A model generated the notes under the pieces. The model did not search any database, was not told where the DNA came from, and saw nothing but the letters and a program-made list of their open reading frames with translations. Both the position numbers and the translations under genes were made by a program. A stretch of 64,000 nt of DNA from Diplonema japonicum (Eukaryota; Protista; Euglenozoa: Diplonemea). Shown one piece after another: positions 57,084 to 64,000 of this stretch (position 1 is its first letter; every line of letters starts with the position of its first letter). The stretch covers positions 372,001 to 436,000 of the forward strand of contig OZ025703.1 in the NCBI GenBank assembly GCA_964019335.1. The letters are read 5' to 3'.

Positions 57084-57531
57084 TTTTATTTAATTCTGAG
57101 CAGCTCTCTCAAAGAATTTAGGCCGGAAGATATAAATCAGGTTTCACTTTATTTCACGGGCGTCAATAAAGTATCTGATTTTTTCCTCATGTTTTTAAGC
57201 CAAACGTCGCTGGGTTTGCTGGGCGTGAAAATCAGGTACTTTATTTCACGCCCACAGTCATTTCTAGCAAAATGGGAAGAAAACCGAAGGCGACCGGGAA
57301 GCGAGCCAAGGGCATCAGCCTCGAGAAAGAGGCCAAAGCTGTGGTGGAAGACACGCTTCCAACGGCAAGCACCTACCACTCGATCAAACCCACGCCCCTT
57401 CAGCCCTGCCCCCTTCGACACAGCCCACTACTTCAACAGTGCACAGAATCAATTTGCGCCGCTACAAGCAGGCAGCAGCGAAACACTTAGCACCTAAATT
57501 CTTTTCGAGAGCAGCTCATCATTAAATAAAA
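57084..57531. mobile_element. non-autonomous TIR element
   Basis: ~39-bp imperfect TIRs TTTTATTTAAT..TGAGC.GCTCTC..AAAGAATTTAGG; nested IR at 57158-57183 / 57227-57253; short basic ORF MGRKPK.. at 57272; no clear TSD. Confidence 0.68.
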
Positions 57532-58270
57532 TGCAGTATTGAATGAAATCAGGCTATCTGATTTTCATTTAATAAATAGCTATTTTTAGGCGTCCTATCA
57601 CATACCGCAGGTACCCTTAAATGTCTCTTTTTTTTTTTTTGTGTATTTTTTTTGTGAACCAGTTTTGATTGTCAACTTAACAACAACAACAACAACACGC
57701 ACGATTTTCTTTTTGTTTCGAATTACTATTTATTCGAAACTTAATTAGTTTTTTTTTACAGCACACGAGTAATTATATTTTATTTAAGTATTATTACACT
57801 CTTGCAAAGAGATGAAGCACACCGAGCAATTGTTTTTGGTAAGGTAAGTGAGACTGTGTAACTTCTTTGATGGATAAGCAGAGACAAGGGGAACGTTTCC
57901 AAAACAAGAACCTCCTTTATCTCATCTCTTTCTTTTTTTTTTTTTTTTGTTCTTCGTCTGTTACTGCTGTTGTTTTTTTTTTTTTTTTTTTTTTTTCTAT
58001 GCGTTGCTTCTCTCTTCCCCATCTTGGGCACTGTATTGTGTTACAATGCATCGGGGGAAAAGGGGGAGAACAAAGGAGAATAATAAAAAGAAGAAGAAAA
58101 AGAAGGGGAAAAAAAAAGGAAAAACCGTTTTTGCCCCTTAAGCTTCTGCGTGGCGTAATTTTTTTTTTTTTGTACCTTTAAGTGTGGTTTTTCTTTTCTT
58201 TTTTTTTTTTTTTCCAAAAAGGATGGAAGTGATCATAAGACTGAAGCGTTCGTGCTACGTAAAAACTTTC

Positions 58271-58305
<35 letters not shown>

Positions 58306-59187
58306 GTGTGTATAATTAGGTAGAAAAGGGGGAAAAAAAGAAAAAGAAAGAAAGAACAACTCGCAGGTAGGGGAATATGGAAAAAAAAGATTTTTTTTTC
58401 ATATCAAACCGCGAGGCCACATTCTTCTTTCAAAGGCCGACCTCCTCGAAAGAGAGTGTCACAAGACTCTCGGGTGATGCGTTTTCATCCACACTGGTGA
58501 CGCAACAATGACAATAATTGGCCTTTTTTTTCCCTCTCCCCCCACTTACGTGCTGTGGAAAAAAAAAAATTTTTTTTTCTCTTCTCGCTCCCTGTGTTTC
58601 GCTATTCTTCCTCCATTATGAATAACAGGGGAAAGGGGGGGGGGGGGGGGGGAAAGGGCAGTTTTTTGTAGCAAAAAAGCACCCTTTTTTTTTGTGTCTG
58701 TGTTTTTCCTTTGTTACGGAATGGCGTTTATATGCGTCTCCTATTTTTTTTTTCTCTCTCTTCCATGTGTGATTTATTTCTCCCCCCCCTCCTCCCATTC
58801 TCCTTTCCCTTTTCTTTTTCTTTTTTTTTCTATAGCTTCTCTGCATTCAGAGTTCAGAGACTGTCTCGTAACAAAATGGAAAGAGAATGGGGGGGGGGGG
58901 GGGGGCCTCTTTCATCTTTTTTTTTCTTTTCCTCTTCTTCCTCTTCTGTGCTTTGTGCCACAGATTTTCATCGTCAGTAGCTTTGTTTTTTTTTCTTTTT
59001 TTTCTTCCTGGCTTGATCCCCCCCCCCCCCCCCCCCCCCTTATCTCTCTCCAATGGTTCTTTTTTTGTTTATTTGTTTCTTTCCTTTTCTTCCCCCTCGT
59101 TCACCCTTTCCTATCACTGGAATTCTGTTCCCACCGGGGCAACAACAACAAAAAAAAAAAGGAAAAAAAGAAGAGTCGGTTTGGCTA

Positions 59188-59228
<41 letters not shown>

Positions 59229-59324
59229 GCACTAACAATTTCATTATGTCAAAAAGATTTTTTTTTTCTTCTTTCTTGTTCATGCAAAAAAAAGAAAAAG
59301 GGGGGAGAGAGGAGAAAAAAAAAA

Positions 59325-59941
59325 ATGGGTTTCATGACGCTGTCGGAGAAGAAGCGAGAGGAGGAGAAGGATCAGGCGAAACAAGAAGAGGCGCGTGCAA
59401 GAAATGCAGCAAAGATGCAGGAACTTGCCTCGAAGCTGGCAGCTGCACAGCAGACGATATCTGAGCGAAAGGTGAAGGACACCAGGAGGCTGAACGAAGA
59501 GGAGAAGGAACAAAGGCGAAAATTCGTTGATGTGGACGAGATAGAAACAGCGGCCGAAGACTACCGGGCGAAGAAAAGGCAAAAGATCGAAGATACTGAA
59601 AGGGAAAAGAACCAAAAGGGTGTTAACGACATGATCCGGAGGAGGCAAAACTGGGTATTTAAAAAAAAAAATTTTTTTTTTTTTTTAAAAAAAAATCACC
59701 TCCCTCAGGAAGACAGAAAGACTCGCGACTGTAACGAGTGGAAACACGGGAAGTGTGAACGCGGAAACGGCTGCAAATATCGACACACACCGAGAGACCA
59801 CCCTCGTTATCCGGTATTTTTTTTTTCCCCTCCACCGAGGATTTTTAATTTCATTCTCCCCCTTTTTAGGCATTTCTCGAGAAACACGGGGGGCCCCCTA
59901 CCAACATCCTCCAATTCCTGGATTTCGAGGGTGTTATGTAG
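59325..59941 (+). CDS. CCCH zinc-finger protein with coiled-coil N-terminus, 3 exons
   Basis: Exons 59325-59654, 59709-59813, 59870-59941; CNEWKHGKCERGNGCKYRH (C-x7-C-x5-C-x3-H). Confidence 0.8.
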
Positions 59942-60055
59942 GGGAAAAAAAACCCCCGACATCCCTTTCCCACATCCCACCCTCCCCCCTGCGAAGAAAA
60001 AAGACAGGAGTGTGCTGTTCTTGAAAAAAATGAAAAAAAAAAAAAAAAAGTGTTA

Positions 60056-60087
<32 letters not shown>

Positions 60088-60188
60088 CTAAATTTTTTTT
60101 TTTTTTTTCGGAAAAAAAGTTTTTTTTTTTTTTTGGTACGGGAAAAAAAAAAAAAAAAAAAAAGAGGGAAAAAAAAAAAAAAAAGACA

Positions 60189-61532
60189 ATGATACACATC
60201 GCCATCGCTGTTTTATCAGCTTTGACATGCGTCGGGGCGAGCGGGTTCAACCCAAACACACCCAACCTCATAATAGAGGCCATGCCCTTGATGAAGCTTG
60301 TGAACGAGTCCAAGCACGGGAAGCTGTACACCATCCAACATGGAAGTGTGACGACGGACATCATACACTTATACGGAACATCACACGAGATGGGCTACGC
60401 CCACGGTCTACTGCTGGGCGGGAAGATCATGGAATTCATGGGCCCGAAGCTGAACCAGTACTACGCACAACAGATCAAGTTCAACATGAACGGGCTCCCG
60501 TTGTGGATGCAGTACCTCATAGGGAACGCCACTGCACAAGAAGCACCATTCGTGATGAAGACAGCTATGCAGTACGTGTTTGACAGGGAGTACCCTTACA
60601 TCGCTGCCTCAAACACTGACCTCCTCTCCGAGACAAGAGGTATCGCAGAAGGGATCTGCGACAGTGGCACTGTCCCGAAATGTGATGTTAATGAAGTCTA
60701 CGATTTGGTGAAGCTTACCAATATGTTACCTGAGGTGGTCAAGATGTCATGTTCCATGATGGGCGCATGGGGTGCCTCGACTCCTTCCGGTCATTTAACC
60801 CAACTCCGTACACTGGACTTCGGAGGTGGTCCATTTGTTAACTACTCTCTTGTACAGGTTTTTCACCCCGAACACGGGAATGAATTTGTGAATTTCGCGT
60901 TTTCAGGTTTCACAGGTGCTGTGACCGGGTTTTCAGTGAAAATTGCAATGTCGGAAGCATCCTGGTGTACTGGTGCGGGTCATGACAATCCTAACATTGA
61001 TGGAGAGTATAACGGCCTACCGGTGGTTGGGGTTATAAGAGAGTTTTTGCAGTTTGAGGATTCGAAGTTTTCTGCGTACAATTTCGCGGTGGCTGATAAG
61101 CATCGGACCTGGGCGGTGTTCTTGGGTGTGGGAGATTTTGCTTCAGAGGAGTTCCGCGTGATCGCCTACCAAGAGCGGTTCGCAAAGCTGTACAACTACA
61201 ACAACATTTCTCAAATCACCGGTTTCCCCCCCTCGCAGGACGTTGTGTACATTGACAAGCACTGTCAACCATCTCACGACAATAAGACCTTCCCTGGGCT
61301 TGTTGGGGAGTATTATGGAAACCTGACTAGTTACAATGTGGTGCGGAACCTCCCTCGGAGGATGAAGTCGGGGGACGTGCACACCGCTGTTTACGATTTC
61401 GGGAACCGTGAGGTTTTCTTCTCGCTCGGCCTCGTCGACTCTACAGGGGGGTACGGCCCCAACAATGAGGGCTACGCTTGCTACCAACCTTATCTGAAAT
61501 GGAATATGGACCAGCTGATCAGCGGGAACTGA
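60189..61532 (+). CDS. secreted/lysosomal Ntn-hydrolase (peptidase C45 / acid-ceramidase-like)
   Basis: Signal peptide; HLYGT.HEMGYAHG; putative autocleavage Cys in MS|CSMMGAWG followed by QLRTLDF. Confidence 0.82.
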   Translation: MIHIAIAVLSALTCVGASGFNPNTPNLIIEAMPLMKLVNESKHGKLYTIQHGSVTTDIIHLYGTSHEMGYAHGLLLGGKIMEFMGPKLNQYYAQQIKFNMNGLPLWMQYLIGNATAQEAPFVMKTAMQYVFDREYPYIAASNTDLLSETRGIAEGICDSGTVPKCDVNEVYDLVKLTNMLPEVVKMSCSMMGAWGASTPSGHLTQLRTLDFGGGPFVNYSLVQVFHPEHGNEFVNFAFSGFTGAVTGFSVKIAMSEASWCTGAGHDNPNIDGEYNGLPVVGVIREFLQFEDSKFSAYNFAVADKHRTWAVFLGVGDFASEEFRVIAYQERFAKLYNYNNISQITGFPPSQDVVYIDKHCQPSHDNKTFPGLVGEYYGNLTSYNVVRNLPRRMKSGDVHTAVYDFGNREVFFSLGLVDSTGGYGPNNEGYACYQPYLKWNMDQLISGN

Positions 61533-61701
61533 TTTTTTTTTTTTTTTATTTATTGCGCAAACGTGTTTCTTTTTTTCCCTCTTGAAAAGGGGATGAAACC
61601 CTTTTAATTTGGAATATTGGAATCACACCTTGAGAGGGGGAAAGAAGAAAAAAAAAAAAAGGGAAAAAAAACCCCGCGTTGAAGTTTTTTTTGTGTGGCG
61701 T

Positions 61702-61738
<37 letters not shown>

Positions 61739-62191
61739 CGTGTTTTTTTTTTTGACCGTTTCCTCTCTTTCTTATCGCTGCCCTTTGCTTTTGTCCCCAT
61801 CGTTTTTGTCGTTAGGGAATCCTGTCACACTGCAGATTCCCTCCAAAAAAAAAAGACACATTTTTCTTCCGATTTACACCCAACAATGGAATACCAAAAA
61901 AGAAAACGAGGGCAACAGGAAACAACTATCTATCTAAGAAATCTTAAAAAAAAAAGAAATCAGAATCTCTGGTATACTGGTGTATATCGTATCTATTATC
62001 CAGCGACCCTTTTTTCTCTCTTTTTTTTTTTCTTCTTCTTTTTTCTATTTCAATTTCAATGTAATTAAAACCTGAACGATATCCCCCCACCACCCCCCCA
62101 AGAAAAAACCAAACAAAAGGAGGAAGGAAAGGGGGCACCGCCCCCCTTCGGAGGGAACCCCACACCCCACACCCCCCCTTTTTCTGTTAAA

Positions 62192-64000
62192 ATGTATTTC
62201 GTGGTAGGACCTCCGAAGGTGTTCGCTGTAAAGGACGGCCCCGTTGTGACATCTTTGGCCAACCCTGCAGGGGACGTGATAGCGATTTTAACAAAAGACA
62301 CAGTGCAACTATGGTGCATAGGGCTGAACACAATGTGCTTAGAGATCCTGACGGTGCAAACCAATGAGGGAAAGCTTTTGAACGGGATATGGAGGAGCGA
62401 CGGAGGCAGGCTGTGCGTCGTCACCACCGGCAACCGTCTCATCACTATCGACAGACCGAAAAAAGCGGTGGGCACAAACAGCACTGTGAAATGGAGCAGC
62501 GACCCGGAGGTCAACAAGCTGGAGATCGAGCCTTTCACAAAAGGCCCTTCCGGAACGCGTATCCTAGCATCCCTCCTCCTCAGCAGCTACGGCGACATAT
62601 GCTGCATCACAAGTGATATCTCTCGTCTCTGTGTGTCCACTGCATCTGGCTACCTCCTCATCCTCTCCTGGAACGGTGAACCTGTCCCTGCTTTGCTCCA
62701 AGCTGTGAAAGTCCCCACCATGCTTGCGTCCCTCACCGCCACCGCCACCCACCCGCAAGACGACTCCGTCATCAACAGCCTCAACTGCATCAGACAAAAC
62801 GAGCTTGCTGCAACCCTCTCTGACGGTAGTATTGCTGTCATCGGTCTCGTCGGAAAACAAACCTCCGTTCCCGTTGTGGATTCCTTCACGGGCTCCAGGA
62901 CACAGCCCATTCAGGGTATCGATGAAGGCCACAAGGCTGCGCTTAATAGCCGGAAAGGTTTGCTGGCCGTCTCGCGTGGGTGTGTGGTGGTCTTGCATGA
63001 CTTGTACTCGCCGCTGCACAAGAAAGCATCGCTGAGCCTCGAGTCATGGGGGTGGTACGAAAAGCATCTGGGGAACATAGAGACAATGACCTGGTCGCCC
63101 GACGAGGAGGTCCTTGCTGTGGGGTACTCAAAGCGTGGCTTTGCGGTGTTCCACTGGACAGGCGCTTGTGTCATGACGTCTCTGCCGAGAAGCGGTTGCA
63201 ACGACCAGACATCGACACACGTCACATCGTCGCTGCTGTCGACGGGCACGACGACGCTTGTCTGGGACCAGCATGGGTACCACCTGACCTTGTCCTGTGG
63301 TGGGTCGCAAGAGCGCATCCTTCAGATGGAGTTCGCCAAGTCTGCGATGATCGCCGCCCCCACCCTGAACAGAGGCCCGCAGGTGATGTTGTCTTCAAAG
63401 AAGTCGGTCTGGATCTTCCGCCACCCTGACCTTGACTACTTGAAAGACAACTGGGAGCTTCTCACCCTCCCACCTGTCTACTACAATGTGAACTGCCCTA
63501 TACGGTACGTCGCGATGTCTGTCGATGGGCAGCACATTGTGGTCTGCGGGCACAGAGGGTGCGTCCTGTACAACGTTCAGCTTAAGAAGTGGAAGCTGTT
63601 CGGGGTTCAGGAGCAGGAAGCAGAGATCGAGGTTGTGGCGTCTCCTGTGTGGTGTACTAACACAGTGGTTTGCCTGCCCACTAAACAGGCGCAGGGGCAC
63701 GCTCTTCTATTCTACCCCAGATTTTATTTAGACCGCAACAGCCTACTGCTCACCCTCCCGATGGATACCAAGCCGGTGTGGAAGAAAAGATAATAATAAT
63801 GAATGTTGTAAACCCCTACAGGAGCTGCTCGACGCTGCGCCCAGATCTTGGAACGATGCTGAAGGGATAGTGTCTTTGATTTCGTTGGACAAGGCTGGAA
63901 AGGTTTGTTTTTATTCTCAGCACACGGTATACCACCACACAGCTGCACTGCTTCCGTATCAAGGTTCTTGCTGATTCCGTATCACGCCCATCGAAAGTAC
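62192..64000 (+). CDS. RIC1: RIC1 (Rab6 GEF subunit), 5' part, runs off the window
   Basis: MYFVVG.PK start, WSPD..VLAV, Y...N.PIR..A...DG..I.V.G..G...Y....KKWKLFG...QE; introns 63776-63821 and 63903-63942. Confidence 0.88.

Noticed and set aside
57236-57246. GTACTTTATT resembling the 3' end of euglenozoan spliced leaders
   Set aside because: Only 10 nt, and it lies inside an inverted repeat of a TIR element; no SL RNA gene context.
47975-57627. CRISPR-like interpretation of the repeated cassettes
   Set aside because: Spacing is irregular (hundreds to thousands of bp), the context is eukaryotic, and there are no cas genes.
58887-61532. Single 881-aa ORF
   Set aside because: Chance read-through of homopolymer spacer and introns, fusing the CCCH gene with the separate Ntn-hydrolase gene.

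Overview
Eukaryotic nuclear DNA, most likely from a euglenozoan protist. The alpha-tubulin ends ...[14 protein letters not shown] like trypanosomatids and the APRT is kinetoplastid-type, but many short GT-AG introns and a PDT-repeat/CUB surface protein point to a diplonemid (inference). About 22 protein genes all lie on the + strand: alpha-tubulin, LRR protein, coiled-coil protein, TMX-like thioredoxin, DnaJ, GAD/CSAD-like decarboxylase, DUF3431, two tandem amino-acid transporters, ZNHIT1, a divergent RPB6, spatacsin, APRT, PS synthase, NDUFA8, a TH1/PH protein, a CUB-mucin multi-TM protein, a CCCH protein, a C45-like Ntn hydrolase, RIC1 and several unknowns. Non-coding DNA is dominated by homopolymer runs, so most ORFs in the supplied track are spurious. 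By hand I reconstructed 17 GT-AG introns, mostly 35-60 nt with a GTAT-type donor; several are almost pure poly-A with no polypyrimidine tract. Intergenic DNA holds a decayed pogo-like element, an internally deleted piggyBac (TTAA TSD), an intronic MITE with an 11-bp TSD, a nest of small TIR elements, dispersed conserved islands (including repeated micro-exon-like cassettes) and a ~220-nt candidate structured RNA. All family assignments come from remembered motifs, not from database searches.
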